A stretch of DNA of 64,000 bases from Balanoglossus misakiensis (lineage: Eukaryota > Animalia > Hemichordata): NCBI GenBank assembly GCA_040954595.2, contig CM082585.2, positions 7,851,353 to 7,915,352 on the forward strand, written 5' to 3'. The notes beneath the pieces were generated by a model, which saw only the letters and a program-made list of their open reading frames with translations, searched no databases and had not been told where the DNA came from. A program made the translations under genes and the position numbers. Shown piece after piece: positions 35,266 through 49,890 of this stretch (the stretch's first letter is position 1; every line of letters starts with the position of its first letter).

Positions 35266-38200
35266 TTATGGGACCGGTGGATTCGTTCCTCCACCAGACA
35301 TTCCCTGCAGACTGCGCTGCGACACGGCTCTGCTGGGGGCTGCTGTATTGTTCACGCCTGTTCTCTGACTAAGCAGCGACTGCGCCCTGGACACCGTTCT
35401 CGGATACTCCGAGCCGATCTCGGACTCTTCCTGCACCTGCGGACATCAAGAAAGAAGTTTCTAAGAAGCCAAATTTCAAAAATTGCAGAGCGTGTGTTTA
35501 CTAGTGAATACAAACTTCTAAGATTTGCCTTGAAATAGCAATACATTACATAGCCTCACTGCATTACAGCAAGAGGCACAACAATGACAAATTGTGTTTA
35601 TTTCTATAATTTAGCCGATAACAACGATTCCTGGTAACACCACATTCAAATGGCTTAAAACAGTCCAGTCAGACACATTTTCTTTAGTATAAATAATGGA
35701 TATTCCAACGTACCTGCTCAGCAGTCAGGAATGGCTGGATTCTGTCTTCCTTTTCATATTCCGCAAGGTCTTCAGGGGGATACTCTCCATCGACTTGCTG
35801 CATTGCAACATCGACTCTAGCCAAGACAAGCCGTCGCATGAACAAGACTGTGTGACGGTCAGGATCGCCGTCCATGATCCAGCGGTTCCTGCGCGATGTT
35901 TGCTCCATTGGGGCTTTCACTGGGTGAGCATCCCTAGATGTGTACGCATTATAGTTAGTAATAATTCTGACACAAACACTCACACACACATACATACATA
36001 CATACACCCCAGATTATGTGTCAATTAATGACATACAAATCTTTGCCCATTTGTGGAATATTTTGATATCAATCAGCACATATGTCATAGATGGAAAAAA
36101 TGCAAGCATGTTGTGATCCCAAACGAAGGGGAAAAAAGCAATAATTCTCACTGCAGAACTCACCAAGTGTTGAATGTCTTCCATATGTCAATCCTGGCCT
36201 GCGATCCATTTTTATCCAGCAGGTTGAGGACCGGTAGTATGGTGTGTTTCTCGCTGGTGAATTTCTGCAAATATAAAAGTTGAGAGGGAAACAAAAAATT
36301 GTCAAGAAGGTAATGGCGTATTATATATAATGGTAAAGGTATGAAATGTCATTTCAAATAGTCCATTGTTTTCCTTCAAACATAAAGGAGATAAAATTAA
36401 TTTGAAACTCACTCTTGGGCACTGCACTATAGAAATCTGTCCTCCAGACGACGCCACCAATATCTGAGACGTAGGATTGACTTTGCCAACTTGGGGGTCG
36501 AGCTTCTTGCCGACAAACGTACTGCTGGGTTCAGAGGTCATCACAAGGCCCCCCGTGTTGACCGAGTAGGCTGTCAGGGATCCGTTCACGTTGCAGACGA
36601 TGTAATCGGATCCTGTCGCATCGTGGAGCCGGGATATCTGCAGAGAATTGGACGAGAATATTATGTTAAAGTCAAATGTGTATATAGTGGCCAGTCAAGG
36701 GACTTTTATAAACCGGCCTTTAAAGACAGGTGGTCTTTATAGACAGGTCAATTAATGCACATGTCAGTTGCACAGGGACTGTAACATAGTGGCCAGTATA
36801 TAGAGGTGGTCACAATATAGAGGTGGTCACTAACACAGGTTTGACTGTAATTGCACAGGGACCATAACAAGGTGGCCACAAACACACTGGTTTGACTGTA
36901 CTGAATCATTTTCTTGGGCTGGTCTTTATGCTCAAAACAATCATGGTAAAATCACTTTTTCTGCAGCAACTGAGTGAGAAAAGCAACAGGCAAACTTCAT
37001 ACTATAATTGTGACATTATTCCCTCCTCAGATAAAGTGAGTGTTACACCAATGTACTGATGAACATCCCAAACTGAACACCAGGCAATATAGGATCCCTT
37101 TAACTTACATTGAACGAACAGACATCCTCGTATTGACATTGCTGAAACTGATCTTCCGATAGCTCGATGACAATCTTGAGGTCGCTCATCCTGAGTTTGA
37201 TCAGGTCAACACTGACTATGGTGATGTGCGGACCTGGGCACAAAAGGAACATCAAATATCAGTGCAGGGCAGGAGTATCATCAGAAATATTTTGTTTCAG
37301 CCTTTGGGGTGACTCACTGTACGCTTTACTCTCTCTCTTAGTTTCTTATGCGTGTGCCACCCACTGAAAATCTGTGATTGGCTATATATGTATTTGAATT
37401 TTCCATAATAACAGTGATTAAATTTGCATAGGTGAGTGACTGTATAACAAATCACATGACTCATAGTGACGTGCAATCCTGTCACATATCGTATGTGATT
37501 TCCAAGTTGCTCATAGAGTTGTACTGGTAAATAGAGAAACAAAGGGAAGAGAGTAACAGGCACTTACCCTTGGGGTCATGTGCGGGGAACAACAACATGA
37601 ATATTAATTCTCGGCCAGACGGCGACTGTTTACATGAAATAAGTTTGCTGACATTGTTCTGGTGGAAAAAGAGAACATCCATAGTGTTAACAGGCATTTG
37701 CAGAGAACATAATTAATAATTAGTGAACACAAACTTCTTTCAGATGATGCTTCTATAGAATAATAGAAAAGGTTCGAAAACTACATAGAAATCTATAGAT
37801 GTCCATACCTTCACTGGTGTGTAGTGTGTCATGATATAGGTGACAAGTTTACCCGTAGATGCATATCGTTGTACAATATGAAACATGGCTCCAGCCTCAC
37901 TCACATTCTTAGGTGTGTACACATACGTCTAAAATGATACAAATCATATTTGTCACAAATACACACCTTCATTTTATTTAACATGGCACTTGGATATTTA
38001 CATGGAGGCTTATGCTAAGATTCACGGTAAACACTTGAAAGGATTTGTAAACATGAGTGTTTGAAAGACAAAGTTATAATTAGGTGGTTGATGTGATAAG
38101 CATGCCAGTTACATGTAACTGGTTGCTGTGGAAACCAGTCCTGACCAGCAGATACTGATGTCATCCACAGAGTTGAACAATGTCATTCTCATGTAGTTAC

Positions 38201-41200
38201 AAGTTACAATAGTACATAGTCATTTACACCAACTTGGAATTTACTGCCGTGAGTGAAAAGTTGAAAAGCTGACAGACAATTTAAGTAACTTGCAGGATTA
38301 CGGTACACAGCGATCTATAAATGGATACAAAAATGAAAATAATCTAAAATGAAAGTTCAGAGAGCAGAAAATTTCTGTCTTACAGATATCTGTTTTGCTT
38401 GGTCAAATTCTTCATGCCATGGCGTCTGGCTCTGCAGGTTGGCGTGTCTGATTCTCTGCTCAGCTTGCGCTCTGTCTCCCTCCACTATCGGGTCAGCTGG
38501 CGTCTCGGCGCCACGTTTCGACCGCTTGCTTTTCTTGCCACTGGACGGCAGTGTTTCTTCAAAGAACACCTGGAACATAATGAAAGGAATTGATGGCTAT
38601 AATCACTCCATAGCTATCACTCGATAGGTTCAGTGACAGGTTAATATTGTCATCATATCTGAATAGTATATTTTGTCAGATATTTGGGACATTTCAGTGT
38701 TAATAAGCCATCCCCTCTTTCCATGACTTCTCAAAACAGTCCTTATATTCCACGCCAATAGACGACATAGCATTCAGTGCGTTGAGAAATGAATTTGCTT
38801 TTCAGAAAACAACCATGAAAGAGTCAGTTCCCTCCATTTTAAATCGCACGACCAGGAAGTACCCAATTACGCTTCCGTGGAAGTATCTCAGGAATTCACG
38901 TCTCCAGGGATAGCAATTGCCTTAGAAACCATGGTCACTATGTACAAGTTCATGATACATCTGTTAATGATAACTGCCAACATCAAGTTGAAAATTAAAC
39001 TGCCGATTTCACTTCATATAAAAGCCGACTTATAGGAGGAATATCTCAGATATGTACGTTTCAGTGGATAGGACTTCTGAGACAATGGTTGGGTAAGTGA
39101 ATTGCAATCACTATCTTCTGACTGGAAATGTTGCACAGAGCTGGGAGAGTGAAAACAGTGAACGATGTCGGCTGACGGCTACCAGAAGAAGAAAGACAAG
39201 ACAAACATATCTTTGTTCGAAAATCTCAATGGAGAAGACGAGTTTGAAAATGGACAAACGCTGACTGTCACCGAGACTTCATGTGTAGCGCTGGGAATTC
39301 CGGGAGTCGTCCTGTCCCTTTTGTCGGGCTCTGCCTTCTCCATCGCGTCGCTGTTTCTGCTGCTGGCGGGCCAAGGAGGTGTGCCGAACTTCGAGATTCT
39401 ATTTCTGGGGAACATCGCGATCCTGCTTGAGGCTCTTCCCGGATTTCTCTGCCTGAAGCACAGCATTTTCGCCAAGGATTTAAAGGACACCGGTTTGATG
39501 ATAACCGCCGGGATCGGCCGCGCCGCCGCGGACTGCTTTTGGTTCGTGTCCCTGTCGTACCTTCCCATCGGCAGCAGCACGGCCATACAGTTGGGCCTGG
39601 CGCCGATCTTCACGGGAATACTGTCGGCGATCGTCTTGAAGGAGAGCTGGGGGTCGTTCGAGATCGTCGTGGCCCACGTCAACATCGCGGCGTTCCTGCT
39701 CCTGGAGCGCCCCCGGGTTCTTTTCGGGGATCTGTCGCCCGAGAGCGACGACAGCGACGCGCAATCCACGGGGCTGATCGTTCTGGGCATGGTCATGTCG
39801 TGCCTGTCGTCCTTCATCCAGTCGGCCGTGACCGTCACGGTGCGCTACCTGGACGAGCGCGTCAACATCTTCGCCGTGGTCTTCTACCAGGCGTTCATCG
39901 CCATGATCATCTCGCCCATCGTCATGAACCTGATCGGCACCCCCGTCTGGGAGTTGGACCCCCTCACGGCCGGTTCCCTGGCGGGATCCGTGCTCGCCTG
40001 GACGATGGCAAACTGGGCTTTCTACTACGCCCTGCAAATCGAAAAAGCTGCCCCCGTGGCCTTCCTACGGAACATAAACGTGCTGGTGACTCTGATTCTG
40101 GACTGCATAGTGTGGAAAGTCTTCCCGACAGTGTTAGATTTCATGGGAGGGTCCCATATTCTGGTTGGGACCATCGCTGTTGCAATGTCGGCTTGTAACA
40201 GGAGAAGATTACAGGCTCAGTCGTGAAATTTCAAATAGCACAGAAAAGTTCATTTCACTTTATTATTTGTAGAATAATTTAAACAGAATGTAGGATCACA
40301 AACTGTGAATTAATATATTGTCAAAGTCTCTTAATGTAGTTGAAGTTATTACCAATAATGCATTTTACCAGGCCCACGATGTGCAATATCTATTTCATGT
40401 AACACTGCAGCGTCACACAGCTAAAGTGTCAATAAATTATTGATTGAAATTTATGTTGCAGTAAGCTTTACACTGCATAGGACTCATTTTTATGATTAAA
40501 TCTCACATTTCAGATTTCAGGAGGAGAACTGTTAAAAGATACAATGCTCCTTCACATGTAAATGGATCTTAATGTATTCTCTTGATCGTCATGGCCACAC
40601 AGAGAATGTGACAATTTCGCAAACCAACCTTTGGTCCCACATTGGACGTTGGCACGTAAGCCCGCTCCGATAGTTCAAGCCGGTATTTCTTGTATGGTTC
40701 AAACCAACCAAAATGACTAAGGTTCTTCCTGTAATAAGAAAAAAAAAACATTAAAAATACGCTACAAATATCTCAGTCTCAAAATCACTGGTGGAGTTTG
40801 TCCTGAATAAGAAAATCTGTGAACACAAAATCACTTACTTGTGGTACCGCCAGATGAAAATGTAGCCTTGATCATCGACTGTGATCATGTGACCGTTGTT
40901 CTTGAGGAAGCCTATGTAAATGAGTTGACCTTTGTGACCCCTGAAGAGCTCCGCTGGTATCTCCTGACCAATCAGATTGGGAGGCCTGTCCGTGACAATC
41001 TGCAACATTGTCACGAAGTAAACAATGAAAATACTGGCCTGGCGGTAATAGAACTGTAACTGATTTTGATTTTTATAAATTGGCATGATTATTTCTGATC
41101 AAAAAGTTCAAAAGTATCACAATAAACTACTCACGTTATTTTGGAAGACTTTCTTAGTACTGACGAAGACACCCTGGTTAATGTCCGTTGATTTTCTTTC

Positions 41201-44200
41201 CATGTCACATTTGAGGATGTCTCCATTTTGTAGACCGACCACAACATGTCTCTGGAAAGGCAGGAAAAGAAGACTGTTGGAAATTACTGTGAACAATAAT
41301 TTATCACTTTTTTAAACTCTTTCCAACCCAAATGCAAACAACATGTTTAGGTAAAACTGGTTGCCCGCATGGGTGATTAAAGTACACATATCAGTATAAC
41401 CTTTCAATCTTATTAGAATACTCAATATTTATTTGGTACATGTATTTGTTTCATTTCTACAAATGTTCCTGATATGAGCATGATATGCCAATGATATGAC
41501 GATGATATGTAAATGAGCCTAACCTGGGTTCCCAGAATTGTTAGTGCAGGGTGGAAGTTCGCCGACACTGGTCCATAAACAGCAGACTGTGAGCCACTCT
41601 CAGCCAGATCACCCTGCTGGAAGTTGAAATCATAGTTCTCAGCCAGCAGTACAGCTTTCTGCGTCAACGGCGAGGGCAGTATACCATCTTTCTCCTGGCG
41701 GATCTCTAAGTCTTTGACATCTTTCTGGTTCGTCTCCCCTGGTGTCATACACCATAGGACCATGGAACCCTGTAAACAAATTGGTGGATGAGCTGCCGTC
41801 TATAGAGGCCACTTTGTCACAGTCCCTGCACAATTTACACGGTCTATAACGGCCAGTTTCAGAAAGCCTCTTGACAGGATGTGACTGTACATATACATTG
41901 AAACCTTTTCAAACTAATACTCTGAAACCTGCATGCAGACCACTTTTCCAACTTCTCCTTCCAGAACACGCATCTTTATACCTAGAATTTAAAATGTCCT
42001 TTCTTATGTATAACAATGTTAGAGTTTTTAAACTTGAAGAGATTTGGTTGTATAACTTACAGACTGATTGATAGTGGCGATCTGAGAAGAGTCCAGACTC
42101 CATGTTATACATGTGATTGGGTCATTCTCTTTTGCCAAGTTATTGACGTATCTGGCAGCGCGTGGTGGATTGTACCACAAATCGTACACCAACAAATCCC
42201 CTGAAAATAGAAAAAAAAACAATCACTTTTTGAGACTGGAGAGATATGTAGAAAAGATCTATACTGCTCTTTGTCTTATATCAAAGCAATTATATATCAT
42301 TTTAAACAAATATCAGTAATTAAAAATTTGATTGGAAATTGCGGAAAAGCTAGCTTTTTTCTCGACATATTTTTGATAATGACCTATTGATTGATTTTTG
42401 ATGTGTTTTGAATGGTGATATTTTTCAAGATCTGCAGATTCATCTTCTTACCATGCATACTTCCCACTGCAAGAAACCTCTGATTAGGAGCCAAAGCAGC
42501 ACTGTGGATACCACCAGTTTTTTTAGCAACTTTAATTTCAACTGGCTCTGGATATATCTCCTGCAACAGAAAGAACAATTTTTCACTCGGGTGACCTCGG
42601 GCAAAAAAGTGCACCACTGCAAAGACACAAGTATACACAGATCAGATGATGAAAACTGTTTACATGAACTGGGAATTTTGGGGGGGGGGGGAATTTTACA
42701 CAGTTCATATATAATTTCCCAGGGAAAACGACTTACCTGCCAGTATTTGGTTTCCTTGTCTCGATATACTCGGTAAGTAGTACTCAACCCACCATCTGAT
42801 CTCTCTTGGTTAGGAACAATGTTGTGAAACTTCAATATCTTCACATCCAGTTCATCTGCCTTCTTTTCCCTTGGGACAGAAAAAAAATAAGTCAGATGAG
42901 ATTCAAATTTTCACTTGAAAAGAATATGTTCTACTGGAGAAAGGGCATTATAAGTTGCATGTACAGTGAAACCTGTCATTATGGACACATCTGTAATAGG
43001 ACAGATTTTTCCAGACAAAAGTCATCGTTTGAATGGAATATTATTACCCATCTATTAAGGACACCTCTCTATGAAGGATAGATTTTCTGGTCCTAGAGGT
43101 GTCCTTCAATAGACAGGTTTCACTGTACGGTACTTGCATTGAGATATGTCTGGGACAATGCCTACAGGGATGGTGGTACTTACTCTTGGGGAGGAGGGGG
43201 CTGTTGAGGGGTGGGCTGTGGCTTGGCCGGCTGCTGGGGTTTCTTTGACTGCGGTTGAATCGCTGGCTGAGGTGCCGGTGCCGGTCTGGGCGCGAGCGTG
43301 CGTAACGGAAGAGTGTGCAGCCAGATCCCTTTCCTGGAACAGTAAAACAACAGATGCTGCCGTGAAATTCTCATTAAGAAGGAATGAGCTTAATTTTCAA
43401 CCGCTGACCGCGATCACTTTTTTTGCCAAAACTGAGAAGCTAGCCTCATGATGATGAGCTTCAAAATTAAAAATTGATAATATTTCCTATGGTCTAAGCA
43501 ACAGTTAAGTCTATGAAACATTGTTTATTCACGTCCATACTTGGCAGTTGAGAAAATGTTTGAACTTTCAGATGTTAAAATTTTGCATGAATATATAAAT
43601 TTGCAAAAAAATGTGACCTCACATGGGACTGACACTTTGACATAACAGGTACCCACCTGTTCTTGTCTCTGTCCCTGACGTTAGCCATGTGTGTTTTTGT
43701 GATCATATTGTAAGCAGGATCATCTTCACTCCTCCCCTCTGGGTTAGACGTAGCTATGTGCTACAGGAAAAAAATGTGAATATATTTGAAGCTACAAATT
43801 AGGACACAATTTCTCCTTAGAACAATCCATTCTTTGCCAGATAACATTATATTTTCAAGTCTGGTTACCGCGTGCAGATTTGCCAGTAGTCTGGGTGATA
43901 AAAATCTTACAAATCCAAAATGGTGGATTTGTCGAATGGAAGACTAGCCAAAGCTACATACATTGTTGTGTGACACAATGAATCTCACCTCTGCAGTGTT
44001 CATGGTTAAATGATAGGCCATCTTCTTTGCCATTCGCTGTAGAGTGAGATACTCTAACACTGTGTCTCTAGTCATTCTTCTAGTCATCTGTTCAAACAGA
44101 AAAAAATCTCAAAATTAAGCATGATGACAACACAATTTTATTACACTAATTCATTCAATTACTTTCAGTTATTGAAGTCATATGGAAAGTTTCATCAAAA

Positions 44201-46471
44201 TAAATATGGAAGTGTGTTTACCAGCTCAATACAATCCTATGGGTAGGCATAAATTCAACATTGTTGTGTTGTGTGTATATATCCTCCAATACTTACAGAG
44301 AGTAGAAGCTCCTCAGCAATCAGCTGTACAGCCTTATCACTTCCGTGGTATCTCTTGAACACATCTGTTTCCTTCTCCTCTGCCCAGGCAAGCTCTCTGA
44401 AGTTGTTGTGTCATTAGAAAATATGTCCTTCACAAATATTCACTCTCAGACAGCCAAAATTTACAACTTCAGGGAACTTCATTGTATATTTTACATTGAT
44501 GATAAAACTTTTAAACAAACACACACACACAAACACTCACACTACTCTATAGGCAGGTTCGATATGCAAAGGATACTCTGCTATGCCATAATCAGCAGCC
44601 GGATAAGTTTTCCGTTGATAGTCATCCAGGACTTTGTCCACCAGTTCCAAGACAAATTCACGGATCTAAACGAAAACGGGTTGAAAATGATAACTGAAGT
44701 TCCATACTTTGCACTACCAGTATGCCCATGCCTGTTACAAAAAATAATGTTGATAAAACTCACCAAATAATAGTCTTCATACTGCCAAGGTTCGTATGAG
44801 TTGATGCCATATTCACCCATGTACGGGGTGTTGTTTACTCTCCTTCTCTCTCTGTCGTACGACTCCCTAGAAAATGGTAACATTTACATCATTCTTACCG
44901 TGCTAATGACATACTGTACATTGAAACAGGTATCCATCCATCCATCCATCCACTGCACACACAACAAACAAACAGATATACATACAAACAGACAGACAGT
45001 CAGTCAGTCAATCAGTCAGACAGACAGACAGATAGACAGACAGACATTCAGGAAGTCAGCAGGCAGACAGACTTAAGAACAGACCAACAGGCACACAGAG
45101 ACTGAGAGACAGACAGACAGACAGGCAGACCCTGCTAAACAAACTTATAGCAACACGGGAGCCAAAAAACTGAGACTATGACAGATGAGTTCCAATTTTC
45201 TACCTGAGTCTCCTGAGCTGTGACTCCAACGGTGGCAAATCTTCCTTGGCTCTACGTATGATGGATCTGTCACTGTGCACACTCTCCAGATGGCGATCCG
45301 ACGGAAGCCACACACTCTTCTCCGACAAGATCGAGCTGGATCGCTGCGACGGCTGCCGGGACGGAAAGTGGAAAGGTTCTGATGGAAACAAAGGAGAAGT
45401 ATTTAGGTACACTGTTTTCTGCAAATGTTTGGATGATTTATCTTCAGTGCCACCATAGATCCGTAATTGATTTTCTGTAGGCATCTTTTTCAGTTCACAC
45501 CTTTACAACAATTTGAAATAACTGTTTTAATTCAGGCGTGGGTAGCAAAAAATTATTTTCCACAACCAACCACTATGCAGCTTGTCTTAGCACACAGTCC
45601 AAGATATCTTGAATTACAGATAGTTTTTTCTCGACTCTACACATAATGCATCAAATAAAGCAAACAGAGGAACAGGAAATTGTTAGACTTAATTAAAGCT
45701 TACCTAGTACTGAATATGGGGACGGATTCCTCAAACTTCTCTTCAGTTGCAGCAGTTTTTCTCTTTCACGTAATATTTGTTGTTTTTCCACATTTAACAT
45801 TTTTAAGTTATTGTGTATGTTGGATTGCTTGTTTTCATGTTCCTGAAACGGACAAACACAATATTATATCATACTGAAAACAGCAACGCTATATGTCAAT
45901 TCAGGAAAACGTACCCTTACCATTGCTTACATTGGTAAGGGACATAGTAAGGCTCAACAAACTTTAAGAGAACCAAAATACGTGGTATGCATATGGAACT
46001 TGGCAATTATACACACCTGCCTTCGCCTTGCAATGATATCATCCAACAATCTCGGTTTGACCTGCGGTTTGGTGTACGTAGCAGGAGAAGGCAAAGTCTT
46101 TGGAAGGGTGTAGTTACCAACGGCAGTGTGCTTAGCTTCGGGTCCAAACCAATCCTTGATCTCTCGGTTCAAGATGGACCCATTCAGTCTCCCCTGTGGA
46201 AGGAGATGTTGAGGCTGATGAAATGTTTTCCAAACAAATATACATCACCTGTAACCTAAGTGTAGATAATTATTTCACAATGTCACAGAATATGCACAAA
46301 ATCCAATTTTCTCACCATGATGTCATCTTCACGTTTCTTTCTCGCTTCTTCCACCTCTTGAGTCCGATCCCTCAGAGCCTTCAGAGTTTGTGCCTGTCTT
46401 CTTAAAGATTCCAATTTCTTCTTCTCTAGCTCCAGGAGGGCTTTCTCCCTTGCTTCACTTGATAAACTCAT
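35266..46471 (-). CDS. Uncharacterised multi-exon protein with N-terminal coiled coil and WD40-like repeats
   Basis: ATG 46471 (MSLSSEAREKALLELEKKK...). Exons include 46316-46471, 46017-46193, 45704-45842, 45204-45378, about 42452-42560, about 42060-42200, about 41524-41769, about 40839-40998, about 38381-38568, about 36413-36637 and last exon 35266-35436. WD-like strings: IHSAALAPNQRFLAVGSMHGDLLVYDL, ITCITWSLDSSQIAT, FRGHKGQLIYIGF...TVDDQGYIFIW. Not every internal junction was resolved. A probable 5'UTR exon ends near 47443. Confidence 0.7.
36687..36849. mobile_element. Partial pogo/Tigger-like MITE (one terminus ...acaggtttgactgta)
   Basis: Repeated agaggtggtc/agacaggtggtc units end in caggtttgactgTA, similar to the terminus of the element at 42962-43127. 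Confidence 0.5.
39017..39023 (+). promoter_or_regulatory. Candidate TATA box of nested SLC35G-like gene
   Basis: TATAAAA about 150 bp upstream of ATG 39165, followed by a possible short 5'UTR intron (gtaagt 39093 ... cacag 39138). Confidence 0.4.
39165..40226 (+). CDS. SLC35G1-like (EamA/DMT superfamily) transporter, intronless CDS, nested antisense in an intron of the WD40 gene
   Basis: 353-aa ORF with about 10 hydrophobic segments and two EamA-like halves (SLSYLPIGSSTAIQLGLAPIFTGILSAIVLKE; YALQIEKAAPVAFLRNINVLVTLILD). AATAAA at 40431. Confidence 0.85.
   Translation: MSADGYQKKKDKTNISLFENLNGEDEFENGQTLTVTETSCVALGIPGVVLSLLSGSAFSIASLFLLLAGQGGVPNFEILFLGNIAILLEALPGFLCLKHSIFAKDLKDTGLMITAGIGRAAADCFWFVSLSYLPIGSSTAIQLGLAPIFTGILSAIVLKESWGSFEIVVAHVNIAAFLLLERPRVLFGDLSPESDDSDAQSTGLIVLGMVMSCLSSFIQSAVTVTVRYLDERVNIFAVVFYQAFIAMIISPIVMNLIGTPVWELDPLTAGSLAGSVLAWTMANWAFYYALQIEKAAPVAFLRNINVLVTLILDCIVWKVFPTVLDFMGGSHILVGTIAVAMSACNRRRLQAQS
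42962..43127. mobile_element. pogo/Tigger-type (Tc1/mariner superfamily) MITE
   Basis: TA-CAGTGAAACCTGTC ... GACAGGTTTCACTG-TA: perfect 14-bp TIRs with TA target duplication, intronic. Confidence 0.85.
44930..45130. repeat. Compound tetranucleotide microsatellite (ATCC/GACA/GTCA)
   Basis: Runs of atcc, caga/gaca and cagt units in an intron. Confidence 0.8.
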
Positions 46472-47675
46472 CTTTTTTTCTAGTTTCTATATACAAGAAA
46501 GCAAACAGACCAGTAATGATTTATGAATGAATCATTATATCTTTGATTATTGTATTCTGGACTGCAAGGTGTGTGTTTGCTTCAGAAGTTGATGAACAAG
46601 AATCTTATCTCTTTATATTTCACGGGGGACAAAACCAAAATCCCAAACTAATTAAGTTTTTATCTGACATTGAACTTTTGGTATCACCCCTATCTCTAAG
46701 ATGATCTTAGAGAGGGTTATGGTTAGGTTTAAAACAGTCAGCACCAGAGTTATGTGAACCAGTGGGATAAAATTAAATCACAAGGTTGTGCCATTATGCT
46801 AGCAAGAAAGGAAAGTGTCTCTGTTGGAGAAGGTAAGTGTTCCTTATTTAGCTTGTACACTATGCGGGCCTAGTCAAGCTGCACTGTGCATATGGGTCTA
46901 CCCACTATATTATAATCTATAGGCACCTCACTATCTCCGTGATCGCATCATAATCTCCTGCAGTGGTTGGTGTTACAGATTGCTTTTATTAATTTGACAC
47001 TGCTTCAACAGGTTATACTATCTGTCAATTGGGCAGCCAGTTGCAGATAGGACAAGTATTGACCCAAATTAAACTGATAAATGCTTATAGCGGATTTTTT
47101 CACACTGGGTGTAAAACTTTGACCATTAATGACCCTAATAAATACGGACAATAATCACAGAATCCTGATGTCCTTTTGTCATATATTTTATCGACGTTTC
47201 ATTAAACGGTGGCAAACCGGGTCAATCACTGCACAGATTTGCTGAAATCGATAATCAATATCCGATCTCTCGTGCAAGAAGTGTCTTTCTGAATTGAATT
47301 GAATAGTATAACTGTTCATGCACTTTAGTTTGAGTGCCGCCTTTTGTTTCACTGCAAGTGATCAATAAGTAGAGAGACGCGAATGCATAGAAACGGTGTA
47401 AACAACTTCACACTACCATGACTACACGATTACGAAACTCACCTACAGTGATTTGACAAATGACGGTCTGTTGAAAATCAGTTATTCCTCTCAGAAATGA
47501 TCTTCATGGTTGAAGATGTCATGCTGAATGTCCTGATAGCTTCAAATAGTCTTCGTCGGCCGGCTGCGGCGACTACATCACGTTAAAGTTAACACATCTT
47601 CGATGTACTTCTTGGTCAACTGGGGAATCCCAGTGGCAGCCATTTTGAATGTTTAGGTATGTTGATAAGTATGCA

Positions 47676-47698
47676 TGACGTCAGAGAAGGGGGCGGGG
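47676..47698. promoter_or_regulatory. CRE palindrome plus GC box upstream of WD40 gene
   Basis: TGACGTCA 47676-47683 and GGGGCGGGG 47690-47698, just upstream of the putative 5'UTR exon. Confidence 0.45.
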
Positions 47699-48502
47699 TT
47701 ACACGATTCTGAAATTGATTCAGGAAATACTTTTTGCTTGGACTTTCATCCAGTCTGTAACTATGCATTAATATTATGGCGTACCATCCAGTAAAATGAC
47801 ATCCGTAACTATGCACAATTATTTCACAAACACAAGAGGACGCTTTGTTGAAGAAAATGCTTTATTGTTGTAACAATTTCTTACAGAAGTACATAAAACA
47901 TTTAACTGACAGATGAGTTTTACACACAATTTCACAATGCGATATTCACAATTTTCTGTCAATAATATGATCACAAAGGCTGGAAGTGAAATCGTCACCT
48001 GCTGATTGTCAATTACAAGTACATGGAATTCAAAATAAATAGTATGTTTTAAGTACAATTAACATAATTCAATAATTTATTTTCAAATCTTTTGAAATCA
48101 CGTCATAATTATTTTTCCTTTCACAAAAATCTGAAGCACTTGAACAATGACATTAAAATTTACAGCACAGTCTTTATCACTTAAAACCCTTCCCTTGAAA
48201 ATGAAACATCAAGAACATAACAAATCACATTAAATACAACCAAAATTACATTTCAGATATTAGTTAAATAAACAAATCCCAAATATTTCAGCTTAAAATC
48301 AAAACAGTGATTTTTTAGAACACTACAAATGCACACTACTAAAATCCATGAAACCAGCCCAGGTCAGAATTTGTAGATGTTTAATGATAGATTTCAAAAT
48401 TCAAATTTCCCATTTTGATAAGAGATTTTAAGATTTGCTTTGACACCCAGTTCATGTGATTACCAAAACCATAAAAGAAACCCCCCACCCCCAGAAGAAA
48501 GA

Positions 48503-49890
<1,388 letters not shown>

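Noticed and set aside
39179-40198. Three long ORFs (219, 185, 219 aa) overlapping the SLC35G-like CDS
   Set aside because: These are shadow ORFs expected from GC-rich codon usage, and the translations have no recognisable protein features.
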